A stretch of DNA of 62,522 nt, counting the filler, from Bipalium vagum (Eukaryota): assembly GCA_037834085.1 (NCBI GenBank). It is 3 parts of 3 records of this genome, joined end to end, with 100 filler letters (N's around TTAATTAATTAA, not from the genome) between each part and the next. Parts side by side here need not be neighbours in the genome. Positions count along the whole stretch, not along the records: positions 20,739 to 43,449 come from JBBMKC010217688.1; positions 43,550 to 62,522 come from JBBMKC010014447.1; 1 more part is not named here. The stretch is one strand, 5' to 3'. The position numbers were made by a program, and so were the translations under genes. The notes beneath the pieces were generated by a model. That model did not search any database. It was given only the letters and a program-made list of their open reading frames with translations, and was not told where the DNA came from. Shown piece after piece: positions 36,171 through 48,639 of this stretch (its first letter is position 1; each line of letters starts with the position of its first letter).

Positions 36171-39100
36171 ACACTCCGAATCTCGTGCCAAACATTATCT
36201 CATTTCAATCAAAAGCTTTTTAGTGCATGTGTGTGTCTTTTACGAAAAATAAACTATTCATTAAAACAGATTTTTTTTTAATTTATCTGCCTGGCCGTGA
36301 AGATTATTATTTACGTCGTTTATTAATTATTTCATCAAAAGTGAAATGAAACCAGTGACTGGAAAATCTTTTTTTTTTGAAAGTCGATTAAACAGAATGG
36401 AAATATTAAATTAATGTTAAGCGAATTTCGTGGATACAAGTACTTAAATTGATAGTCACAAAACGGATTCAGAAAAAATAAACTATTCTTTCATATATTA
36501 AAGTTTATTGATTTGGCTCTAATTTATTTTATCCATGCATTACAACAAAAAACGATGTCTATTTGTGTGATGAAATTTGTTTTTGTCGTTTTCCACCCCC
36601 ATCAACATCGATTATGAATGGTGGTTATTGCTGACAGAAATTTTCAGCGGCATTGACTAATTCGGCTGCGTTGATCGAATGATTTTTTAGTTTTAAAGTT
36701 ATGATTCATTTAGGTTTTTCAGTGTTGTATGAATAATAATAATTACTGATGTTCCAAATTTCAATTTGTTATTTTTACTTACTGCATTAAGTTGTTACTT
36801 TTTGGAAATGGTTTTAGTATTTTGATTTGTTTTTATTTCAAATTAATTATAGCACTGATTAACTTTTGAAATTTAAGACTATTTTAATTTTTTGGGTCTT
36901 AATATAAAAATTAATCATAGAATTTTATGGACATAAACTATATAGAGGAACAAGTTTTCTTTTTTTTCCAGTGAGAATTATTAAATTAATTAATCCTAAA
37001 TAGAAAAATTAGTGTTCTAAACAAAAGGGCACACAATAAGGCACCTATGCAGTTGACATCTCACAGATTATACAATGACTCAGTTTTCATAAGGGACAAT
37101 CAATAGCAAGATGAACTAACATTTTAACTCGACATGGCAAGCGATTCTACAATTCTCGATATGCAGAGAATTCATAGTAGAGCATTTCTTAAAAAATTCA
37201 GAAAAAAAGTGGAGAAATTAACCATTGAAACGTAAAAGAATATATCGTTCGATTCTCGATCTTCAATTTGTATATCACCACGAATTACACAAGTATGTAG
37301 CAAAAATTGAAACAGGCTAACAAAACAAGATACGGAACTTTAATTTATGTTAGAATAACATCTGTTCCATCAAAAAATTGTCCCTTTTAAAAATATATTT
37401 ATTTACAAAATCGATGAAGTGTTAACTGCATAAGTGCCAAAATTAAATTATATTAGATAAAAATACTCTTTCGTATTCAGAATAAGAATATTCATAAAAC
37501 TTCTAAACCTTATCTTCTATATTATTAACATATCAATTACTTAAGCAGTGTAGCTGGTTGTGTGCCTGATCAGGAATTTACAATTTCGTGCTTCCGTTTT
37601 AAATAATTCTGAATTTAGCGGATGTATAGAAGTCATTCTTATTCAAGATAAAGAGGAAGGTATAATAAATTTGATTATACTTTTACTACAAATTGATATG
37701 ACAATTGCATTAATTAATTGGCAAATTATTATTTAACATTTTATGAACATTGCTATACTTAGTGTTCTCAAATGAAGTAGTAGTTTAGATAAAAAATACA
37801 TCAAAAGTCAAGTAACAAGTTTCGTGCTCATCTGATAGATAAATTGTGAATAAGCATAAAATTACTTTTTAATGAATTATAAAGGAAATATAATATATAA
37901 AATCAACGTTCTGCATATTTAAATTAATTGGAATTTGTCAAAATAATAATTCACTTAAGCTTTATTGTTTTTGCTTTACTAATGAAGTGTGAGAAGCCTA
38001 ATACTTTTTTTTAATTCTAAAAAACTTATTTGAACTTAGTTATTATAAACTAATTGTTAAGTTTGTAAAAGGCAAAATTATGATTTTCGATCGTATATTT
38101 AATCCATTTTTTATTTTCATTTATTTCTAATTGACCATAAACTTTATTTTTGAGGTTTATGATGTCATTGGTTTTTTCTTAAAGTATTTAATTTATAACA
38201 CTAAAAAAACCATGTTTATGATTTTTTTAAAGGTTAAAAACTTGTAATATTTTTTCTGGATTTTATGCGATATAGGTGCAGCATTTTGCTTTCGTTTTAA
38301 ATGATTAATTTAATCTCAAAGTATAGTGCGACTATAATTAATTGCCGCACTTTGTAAAATTAGGAAATCTTTATTATTTCTATTGAAAATTTAACTTTTC
38401 ATTTATTTTAAGGTAATAAAAGATATAAAGGTATGTTTTAACAAAATTTTAAGTTTATTTTATTTTACTTATAATTAAATTAAATTTGTAAAAAGCATAT
38501 GTTAGAGACCTCAAGGGTCTAGATTAGTTATTATAAATTAATTATTTAGACCACAAAAGGGTCAGAAATAAAATAATAATAAATTAATTAAAAAGTACAA
38601 CATTAATTAAAACAAAAAAGGAGTAATTAATTATTTCCTAAAAGCGATTTAATCTTGACAATATTGAACCTAAATTGCCAAGATTAGATTAGGGTCCGCA
38701 AGGAGGGACCGATTTAGAATTAACGAGCTATAAAGGGAATTGAAATTGATTGACCGTATCACCAGAATAGTATATAAGGAGTTGGAATCCACAGTGGATT
38801 GCCACAAAATTCTACGAGACATTGGAAGAAACCGAACTCTACGAGACGTTGGAAGCCTTTAACAGTTAATATTGTACTTATGCGACAGGAGCTCACAATG
38901 GGTCCTGTGCTGTTAGGGGGTTTCTGAGCGAACCGGATTTGGCTCAGCAAACCACCATTTGGACCTGTCGTCGACACAGCTGTTGAGAGTATTTTGTTTT
39001 CTTGTTTTTTAAAAAATTAATTGACATTTAATTATTTGATTGATATTTGATTTAATTATTCAATTGATTATTATTGTCTGATTTTTAGTGTGATTGACTA

Positions 39101-39286
39101 TTGAACATTTAATAGAAGACATTTTTATTGATTATTTGATACATTGCGTTTGTTATTGTTATTTTAGTAATTAAGTTATTTCATATTTTCATTTATTTGC
39201 TGTATTGAGAAAAGTGAAGGAGTCAGTAAACGTTGCTAGCTAAGTGTTACGACGTTGTTCATAGCCACCTTATTGAAGGAATACAC

Positions 39287-39382
39287 CAAACCCAACAATG
39301 TCAATAAATCCGACAACAAATCCGAATACAAACCCGACAATGTCAATAAATCCGACAACAAATCCGAAGACAAACCCGACAA
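39287..39382. repeat. 42-bp tandem repeat (about 2.3 copies)
   Basis: caaaccc(a/g)acaatgtcaataaatccgacaacaaatccgaa(t/g)a repeated. Confidence 0.85.
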
Positions 39383-39751
39383 GGAGGCCGATAGAATAAC
39401 AATTGATTGTGAATATTATATAATATAAACCTTTTTGTGATTTAATGACAAACATTTATAATGCATGAAATATGTATATCTGTTAATCTGTAATCTTTAT
39501 ATAAACCTTTGTGATCATAATGTATGAAATATTTTAGTTTTTATATAAAATATAAAAATAATAAATAAATAAAATAAGATTTTTTTTATTCTTCTTAATT
39601 AAATGTTATCCTTCTTAATTAAATTCATAAAACATTAATAATATGTAAAAAAGGCATATTTATCAAAAATAAATAAAAGATAAAAATATATATATATATT
39701 TGCCTAAAATAAATATTCGCTAGCAAGCGAATAAATAAATAAAAAATTAAA

Positions 39752-39816
39752 CCAATCAGGAACGTCAAAGGCTATATAAACCCCTGTTTTCAGTCAAAAA
39801 ACCAGACAAAATTATG
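39752..39816 (+). promoter_or_regulatory. Compact promoter-like cluster (CCAAT, ACGTCA, TATATAAA, CAGT, ATG)
   Basis: CCAAT 39752, ACGTCA 39762, TATATAAA 39773, CAGT 39791, ATG 39814. Confidence 0.4.
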
Positions 39817-40329
39817 AAGTTGAGAGAAGACTCTTATACGATTATATTTGGTAACAAAAAATTTTTGATTTCAATTATAAAAGGTGAATTAAAACAACAA
39901 TTAATAATTATTATTCGAAAAATTTAATAAAATTAATAAAAACTAGTAACTAATATAATCAAAAAAATCGAAAATTAAAGAAAATCTTTTACATTGTCGA
40001 TTCTTTCACACATTTTCGATTTTCTTTTTTCTTGTACACTTGTGCAACCTGATCTACTAGAATTAGAGTAAGACTTTTAAAACAAAGGAACTCTTCTATT
40101 TTTCGATAATCAAGAGTAATCATAATAATTTTTCTAAATAATAATAATAATAATATAAAAAAATTGTGTTGGTGTTGTTTTCAAAAGATTTGTAAATAAT
40201 TTGTGATAAAACAAATACATATTTTCAAAGAGAAAATGTTAATTTGGTTTTCTCAAAATCTCTTATTAATTTCACTTTCTTCAGAGGTTGATGAGCCACA
40301 TTAACTAACAGCTTGATTAAGCAAATAAG

Positions 40330-40495
40330 TCGAGGCTATATAACCCAAACATTATTCACTTGATCTAAACCCCATAGAACATTTATGGGGAATGTTGGTT
40401 CATCGTGTTTATAGTAGTGGAAGGCAATTTATTTCCATTGAAGAGCTTCAATTCATGATCATTAGCTGTTGAGAAGAAGTCGATAAATCCGCACT
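40330..40495 (+). mobile_element. Tc3-like transposase C-terminal fragment
   Basis: YSLDLNPIEHLWGMLVHRVYSSGRQFISIEELQ. Confidence 0.8.
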
Positions 40496-40500
40496 CGAAA

Positions 40501-40756
40501 ATACAATTATGGTTGAATATAATATTGTAAGTGGATTATATTTTAATAATAAAAAACAACTCTTATTTATGATTTTCCCGCAAATACTAAGAAAAGAGGA
40601 TATAAAATTAATAAAGAACCAAATTTTCCGATTAATTTTCCTGTGATTACAAAAAATAATGATGTAATAATTTTTAGAATAAATGATGATAACAGAGAAT
40701 TAAAAGACTTTAATGGAGAATAAATTAGTTTTAAAATTCACCTCAAGAAAGTCTAA
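40501..40756 (+). pseudogene. Polinton-like minor capsid (penton) C-terminal fragment
   Basis: TIMVEYNIVSGLYFN..IYDFP...GYKINKEPNFP.NFPV....I.FRINDD.RELKDFNGE*ISFKIHLK matches the penton GYKI.E.P / DF.GE...LHL motifs. Confidence 0.75.
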
Positions 40757-40814
40757 ATAAAAGAAATTTATAAAAACAAGTTTTAAATAATAAGTCAAAT
40801 TTTTTATAAAAAAA

Positions 40815-41500
40815 ATGGAATTTTATTGTGATGATTTCTTAAATAATAATTCTGTAAATTTAATCATAATTCTAATTTACCTTCAATTTTAGAATGTTAA
40901 TAACTTTTCTTTCTGGTTCAGGAAAAACAATGTTAGTATATAATATTTTATTAAAAAATATTATATTGATTATAACAAATTGATTATTTTTTCTGAAACC
41001 GCTTTTCTTCAACCAACATTAAAATATATTTAAGATTGTTTTGATTATGGTATATCAAAGAAGAAATTTGTCAAATTCTTAAAAAGGAAAAAATAAATAA
41101 GTTTGATGAAGAAAACTACGAATATAAAGAAAGAGAAATTAAAGTAACATTATCTGACAAAGCTAATGAAAATCTACCATCTGATAAATTAAAAAATCTA
41201 ATTATTTTTGATGATGTAATAAATGAAAAAATCAACATATTATGGAAATGTATTTCGCTAGAGGAAGATATAATAAATTTTCAGTAATAAATTTATCTCA
41301 ATCATTTTTTGATTTCCTTTAAGAAGTATAAGAAATAATTCCAATCTTTTAATTTCATTTAAATTTCAAAAAATGACAAATCTCAAATTTATTCAAAAAT
41401 TTTATCTCATCTTGTTGAAAAAGAAGAATTTGATTATTTATTTAATTTTGATATGAATAAAAAATATGATTACTATTTTTATAAATTAAGAAACTAAAAA
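40815..41500 (+). pseudogene. Polinton-like A32/FtsK packaging ATPase pseudogene
   Basis: Walker A SGSGKT (about 40912-40929), Walker B NLIIFDDV, YFARGR.N..VINLSQSFF, and SIRNNSN. Frameshifted. Confidence 0.85.
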
Positions 41501-41559
41501 ATAATGCTATCAGCATTTGAATAAAAAACTTTGTATATTTTTTCTAAAAACTGGAAGAA

Positions 41560-42245
41560 GTGTTGACTTACAATAAAATTACTATTATCGAAAGACAGCC
41601 TATGAGAAAACAGATTATTATGATGTAAGCTTAGATTCAGAAAAAATAACAAATTTAAATGACACAGGAAATTTAACATTTACAATAACACCTAAAACAA
41701 ATCCTTTAGATATATGTAATCCTTTCAAATTCAAAAATTGATATAAAAATTTTAAAGAAAAAGAAAATATTACATTACAGAATAACTATTTTCCTTTATT
41801 AATTTTCAAATGTATCATTAAAATTAGGATCAACAGAAATAGAAAATATTCAAAAATTAGGTCCATCAAATTCTATAACAAATTTTGTAATGATTGATAA
41901 AAATAATAATGGAGAATTATTTATATGAATTCCTGATAAAATTAAAGAGGATGAAACAAAAAATAACAAAGGTTTTAAATCTATAAAAAGTCTATATTCA
42001 AATAATAAAACTAGAGGAAGATTTCTCTTGAAATTAATGTTTGAATTTTTGCAATATTTTAGAAAAGCTTTATATGATATTCATGGAGAAATAACATTAG
42101 TAAGAAAATTAGGTAATTTAAAAAAATATTTTATGGAACACATAAAGTTTTTGACAATCAGCAACCAAGAATAAGATTGAAAAAACTTTCATTATTTATT
42201 CCATCATTAAAATTAAATAATAAGGCAAGATTAAATCTTAGTAAT
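41560..42245 (+). pseudogene. Polinton-like double-jelly-roll major capsid protein N-terminal part, pseudogene
   Basis: NLNDTGNLTFTI, TLQNNYFP..FSNVSLKLGSTEIENI..LG, FLLKLMFEFLQYFRK..EITLVR, KLSLFIPSLKL. Confidence 0.7.
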
Positions 42246-42281
42246 AATTATTAAATAATTAAATTTTTTTAGTTTTATGTT

Positions 42282-43440
42282 ATTTATCAGGTGGTTGAAT
42301 TTCATTTGCTTTATAATTCAATGTTACTTTAATTTCTCTTTCTTTATATTTGTAGTTGTCTTCATAAAATTTATGTATTTTTTCATTTTTAAAAGTTTGA
42401 AAAATTTATTTTTATAATCCATAATCAAAACAATCTTAAATATATTTTAATGCTGGTTGAAGAAAAGCAGTTTCATAAAAAATAATCAAATTTTTATAAT
42501 CAATATAATTTTTTTTAATAATATTACATAATAACTTTGTTTTTCCTGAACCAGAAGGGCCAATTATTAAAATTCTAAAAATTGAAGATAAATACGAATT
42601 ATGATTAAATTTACAGAATTATTTAAGAAATCATCATAATAAAATTCAATTTTTTAAAATATAATTTGATTTACTATTTAAACTTGCTTGAGGTGAATTT
42701 TAAAGCCTATTTCTTCTCCATTAGAATCATTTATTTCTCTGATATCATCAATTATTCTAAAATTTACTACATCAATATTTTTTGTAATCACAGGATAATA
42801 AATCGGAAATTTGGTTCTTTATTAATTTTATATCCTCTTTTTATAGTATTTGTAGGAAAATCATAAATAATATGTTTTTTTCATTATTTAATTATAATCC
42901 ACTTACATTATCATTCAACCATAATTGTATATATATCTGAAATAATAACTTTTTTTTAGAATAATGAACTCCTTCTTCATAAGATTTTTTAACTTCAAAT
43001 CCTAAAAAAATTGCTCTTGAATTTATTTTGAAAATAATGAAAATAGTTTGCAACCTTTACATATTTCCATTGTACAGTTTCCAGAAATGGGATTAGCAGT
43101 AATCTTAAAATAAAATTTATCTTTTTCTAAAGGTACTAACTCTTTGTCATAAATTGGTACTCAATTGAATTATATATTTCTAAAAATTTATATGCCCCAG
43201 GAGTTAGTTTGAAATTTACTTTTTTTATTTTTTCCTTTTGAATCTGTAATTTCTAAATCAATTCTATTATTTGATTCTATTTATTTGATTCTATTATTTG
43301 ATTCTATTTTAATTATATCTATAATCTATAGCTCCAAAAATTCCAGTACCAACGGGTATAAAACTTGATTAGCCAACTCCTAAAGTTGATAAGCCTGTTA
43401 AAGCTGCTTTTTTCATTCCTAAAACACCTCCAATACAAAT
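42282..43440 (-). mobile_element. Second, inverted Polinton-like copy: lytic/core protein remnant, penton and ATPase N-terminus
   Basis: Minus strand: GGVLGMKKAALTGLSTLGVG (about 43370-43432), penton LTPGAY..ITANP..LGFE..EPNFR, ATPase RILIIGPSGSGKTK. 42282-42930 is the diverged reverse complement of 40501-41190. Confidence 0.8.
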
Positions 43441-43449
43441 ACATATATA

Positions 43450-43549
43450 NNNNNNNNNNNNNNNNNNNNNNNNNNNNNNNNNNNNNNNNNNNNTTAATTA
43501 ATTAANNNNNNNNNNNNNNNNNNNNNNNNNNNNNNNNNNNNNNNNNNNN
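43450..43549. other. Assembly gap spacer (44N + TTAATTAATTAA + 44N)
   Basis: Same artificial linker as at 20639. Confidence 0.97.
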
Positions 43550-43572
43550 ATATAATAATATAATAATATAAT

Positions 43573-43816
43573 TGTTAGATAAATTGAAAATAAATCCCGG
43601 GATCTCCGCATAATTTTCAACTAACATGGCGACCATATCAGGACACCAACCATCGGACGAGGTCTCGAAAGTGAAAAAGCAAAGGAATGGAAAGGAAATA
43701 GAACTAAGAAACTTGGTGCGGTTAAGATTATGAATGTGAGCTTAAAAGAAGAGGGGTGTGAGATAAAATTGAAAATTACTCAGAGATACCGAGACTAATT
43801 CTCAATTTATCTCACA
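43573..43816 (+). mobile_element. 244-bp miniature LTR retroelement (TRIM-like): LTR 43573-43626, PBS 43627-43644, PPT 43744-43756, LTR 43757-43816
   Basis: Both repeats run TG...CA and are alignable. TGGCGACCATATCAGGAC abuts the first LTR and AAAAGAAGAGGGG abuts the second. Confidence 0.75.
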
Positions 43817-44129
43817 ATTATATTATAATATTATAATACATTACATATTATAATATAATGATTTAAAATATAATATTAAAATTTAAAGTGTTCATGAGAA
43901 AAAGATAAAATAAACAAAAAAAAAGAATCTTTTCAAAATAATTTTTCCGAAAAAAATTCTGATAAATAAATGAAAATATATAAAAAATAAAGGGAAATCA
44001 ATGAAATGAGCTCTAAAGTCATCGAATATATTGATTTATTTTTAATATTCACAAACGGAGATTAACTAAAATGTGGTCAATAATAAATTTGATAAAGATA
44101 AAAAAGAAAAAATTGAATGATGAAGAATT

Positions 44130-45672
44130 TCAAATTTTCAGGGACCAGTTTGATTGACTCATGACCAGAGGCAAAATCTGCTGGGTCTTGAAATCTAACA
44201 ATTGATTAGCCTTCAGCTCTTGATTCGAGGGGAATTTAGACATATTATGCATCTGAACCTCTGAGGTAACGGCGCTATCTGTCAATTGATGGGTCTTCTG
44301 GAAAATGGATGGCAGAAATTGTCTTTTGCAAAGCAGATAAAAGCATAATGTGGACAGGAAACTCGTCACTATCAACGTTGCCATCATGGACAACAAGAGT
44401 TCGAATAGTGAAAACTGTTTCTTCATGAAATATTTCTCAAAGTAATTGTTATTGATGTTCAATTGATTACTATCGTACAGTCTTGGATAGATATATCTGA
44501 CATCATAAGAATGTGGAACATTGTCAGAAGCATTCAACAAAGGCCACATAATGTTGACGTCGATGCTCACTTTTCCCTTCGTGTTTTGTACATAACATGA
44601 ATATTGATCGATTGTGTTTTGGCTTTGTATCGAAATGAAAGACCTTCCCAGCTTCTGAGAATAGTCGAGAAAACGGTAAAAGTTTTCCAGTGAATATAGT
44701 TTATGTCGCCATTTAACGGTGGTTTCCAACGTATTCATTGCTTCACAAGAGAGAATAGCCGAGTTGTTATTGAATAGGAGGATATCTATCTCTTTCACCA
44801 CAGGGGGCTTACATATCAGATTAGACTCATCGAGAGAAATCAATGTTCGACCTTTGAGTTCTGTAGGTTGAGAACAACGAGGTTCGTAAAGTGCCGAAAC
44901 CTGTCTATGTTTCTGATAGCGCCTTGATTTCAGCAATTTTGTTAACCATCTAAGCAGACATGTGCAGTAAAACGGATTTTCGTTCATATCGATTTCATCT
45001 AAACGTTGGAATAATAGTTCAAACCTTTTATCAATTCTCTTCAAGTTATTATTGGAAATGTAAAGCTTTGTCAAATGACCCGACACTTCCTTTATGACAT
45101 TGTAGCTAAGGTTTTTTAACAAACAATTTTTTAAAGAAAGGCTTGATACAACAAGGCCACTGAAAGAGCCTTCTTGAAGAATGAGATTTTCATTATTGTC
45201 TAATCGAAGAAAATCAAGACTCAAACCTTTAAATATTCCACCATGAAGAAATTTAAGGCGGTTATTTGACAGATCCAACGATTTCAGAGCAATAAGGTGG
45301 GAAAATGCTTCAGGCTCTATGTTCTCAATATTGGTGAAGGTCAACTGAAGAATTCGTAGATTTATTTGCTCTGGACCATAATGCGACAAAGATTGATAAG
45401 ACAATGTTGTGTTGATGAAATTTTGACCGGAAATGGATATGTGATAAATATTCTTAGGAATGTTATAAGGAAGGGTTCTCAGCTTGGAAGGTTCTATACA
45501 AATCAATTTCCCTATTAGGCAAGGTTGCTTTTGACAATACGATGGACATTCCGATGACAATTCCGAGGAGCCGGAAAGGTGTTGAGTCTGAAAACAATTG
45601 AAAAAGAGAGGAACAATGATCGAATAAATTCGGACGATGGGAAAATTTATGATCTCCAGATTGGATTTAGTC
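44130..45672 (-). CDS. LRR-LRRCT-Ig-transmembrane cell-surface protein (large terminal exon; start exon not identified)
   Basis: Cys-rich LRRNT (CPSYC..C..C), LRRs (LKSLDLSNNRL, LRLDNN, LYISNNNL), LRRCT NPFYCTCLLRWL..CSQPTELKG, Ig domain (LSC..W..YSC), TM helix and cytoplasmic tail. The frame stays open up to an AG acceptor at 45673. Confidence 0.85.
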
Positions 45673-48639
45673 CTGAAAAAAGACTCTTTATTTCGAGAAG
45701 TAATTTAATCATTTAATATTATTTTATCATTAGTTTTAATAATAATTTATTTTGAAAACAATTATCACCTATGTTTATATTAATAAAGAAATAAATAATT
45801 ATATACTCAACCCAGTTGAAAGTATTTCTCGTGGAAACAAATTAACTAATAAAACAGTTTCTTTGATCATTGTCTCTTTTCCTTTTTTCTATTCAACCTA
45901 TTTAATTATTACCCATCGTTTGGTGAGAAAATATACAGACCTTTACGGTTTTGCTGAGAGTTGGTAAAATGTTCAATTTAGCACAGATAGGCAAAATGAG
46001 GAGAACGCCGAACGCTTTAACTTTGAGTTTGTAATGAGCTTGGTGATGGCAACTGTCTGCCATTCTTTTCTTACAAAACTACTTCTCTTTATTATGTATC
46101 ATTATTGAATACTGTGGTCCCAGGATTTCTGTTTATTGTATGCAAGGACCAAAGAATAATACCAATATTCTAAACAGAAGTGGAAAGAAAAAAAATACCC
46201 ACAATATCCCCATTTGTTTAAATTTCTAAATTCAATTGATTTCCAATAATCAAAGTATAATTGAACGATTTTAAAATGTGATGTGAAGTAAACATGTAGG
46301 GAAATCGAAATCTGGGAGTTTTGTATTTTGCAAAATAAGAAGAAAAATTTTAATTTAAAATTCGTTACTAATTTCGGTAAAAAAAATTGATTTTCCGCAA
46401 TAATATATTCGCAAATTTTAATTTTGGAAATTTCTAGTAAATATAAAATATAAAGTAATATATAATATATAATATAATATATAATGTAATATAATGTAAT
46501 ATAATATATAATAAGATATAAAATATAAAATATAAAATAAATAGCATTACACTTTAAATAGAGTTAAAAGATTTATTACAAAAGATTAAGAATGTATAAT
46601 CGTGTAAAGTAATAGAGATAAGTATAATAACTATATTATCATAAATCTAATTCCATTTTTGTCTATCTATAGAAATATCTTTTTAATATTTTCAATTTAT
46701 TGTTTATAACATATTATAAACTTTCTTCTTCGTGCAATCCTTCGTGTACCTCAAAATCCAGGCATAATTATTTTATTTTATTAATAATTTAATAACACAT
46801 TTATATTTGCAATCCCCATTTATGTTTTTAAAAGCTTTTTAAATATTTTGTACATATAATGAATTTTATTATGAACATTATTTTGATAATTTAAATTTCA
46901 TTAATCAAGATAAAAATTTTAAAAATTGATTCCATTTTTATTTTGACTATCAAACTGTGTTTGGAAATTATGTCTAAATTAACCAACAATTACTTAAAAC
47001 ATTAATAATATTATGATTTTTTTAATAACTATAAATTAAAAACTTTTATTAATCTCTATTAGCAAAATATTATTTAAATATTTCCAGACTGGATAATTAA
47101 TAAATCTGAAGTGATTATATGTTAAGAAATAACCAATAATTAATTGACATTTAAACGGATCGAATTAATGCACACATTTAAGATTTTCGAAGATTAGTCC
47201 GATTAAGCTACGTGCTTCTATATATAGATTAATCTATGATTATTGGATTTTTTAACACTTGGCCAAATAATACTGGAAGACCTGTAAGTCTTTAAGAAAA
47301 AGCTAAATATAACCTTTGTTAAAATGGTATGTTGACCATAATGGGAAAATAGATTGCATTTCAAACTCATAACAAAAGTAAATACTTTATGTTAAATGAT
47401 CAGCCTATTGAAACAAGTTCTTCAAAGAATCTATCTAAGAAAAATGATATAAGTAGTGTCCAGTAAAAAATTGAAATGGTAGTTCGAGTTTGTACTTCTG
47501 GGACGTTTCTTGGATGCTGAACTCTACATTGAACAGCTTTACAAAGTTTAAAAAAACTTTAAAAGAAAAATAACAGCTTACGATAATTTTCTTCAAACTT
47601 ACACTAGGTTTCCTGGAAAGTTTTACACAGTACACTTAATATAATCGGTACGATTAAACTTTTGTCTTATTTCTCTTCACGATTAAAACAGATCAATAGA
47701 TACAGATCAATAGATACAGATCAATACCCACAAATAAGCTAGGGGTCCGTAATCTTTAAAAAGTATAGGTATTTTCACTGAATTCTTTGCTTCACTTTCT
47801 ATAGAATGGTATTATGAATAAAAAGCAAATTACCCGAGAGACGGAAAAATATTTATCGTAATAACGGTTAGAGCTATTTTTGAAATACAATAATCATATT
47901 AATATTGGCATTATAATTGTATTCATATAATTATATATTAGCATTATAATTATTAGGATTTTGATTTAACAGGAACTTAAAAACAATCAGATATTTTTTA
48001 TTAAAAATATATTAAATTTGCTTCAAAAAAGGTTCTCATTGGTAAACCCTATTGTAATAATTCATTTCCAGATTATCCCACCACATAATCGCACTATCTT
48101 CAATTAATGATAATTTTTGATAATTGAGGAAAAATTAATTACTGAAAAAGTTGAAATGTGTTTAATAAGGAGGAATAAAAGTAGATTAAGAAATGGTATA
48201 ATTAAATATTTCTAACAATTTTGATTTGTGAATTTACAAATATTATTATTGGGGAAATAATATATACTGTTATTAGAATAAAAAGTGGCGGTTGATAATA
48301 AAAGTTTTATTATTGTTTAAATAATTCAAATATTTTCAATACCAGGTGATTATTTTAAGTACTAGGTTAGATACTTTTAATAATACACAATCATTTTAAA
48401 TTTAACTTTATAATGACAATTATTTTGATAATTCTCTTAGATTAATTATCCAAAATGAAGACCACTCATTTCCAAATAAGTTTTTATTATTTTATTATAA
48501 ACAAAGCTGAATGAGTTCCATGAAAGACTTATCAAACCAATTAAAATCAGTAATATTTTGGTTCATAATGAATGCAGTTTTCTACATAGTTGAATTTGTG
48601 CGTGTATTGTTTGTTTATTTATTTCAATATTTACATCCG

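Noticed and set aside
47310-47350. PLLKWYVDH peptide resembling a pPolB or RT motif
   Set aside because: Isolated 9-aa match flanked by stops; insufficient evidence.
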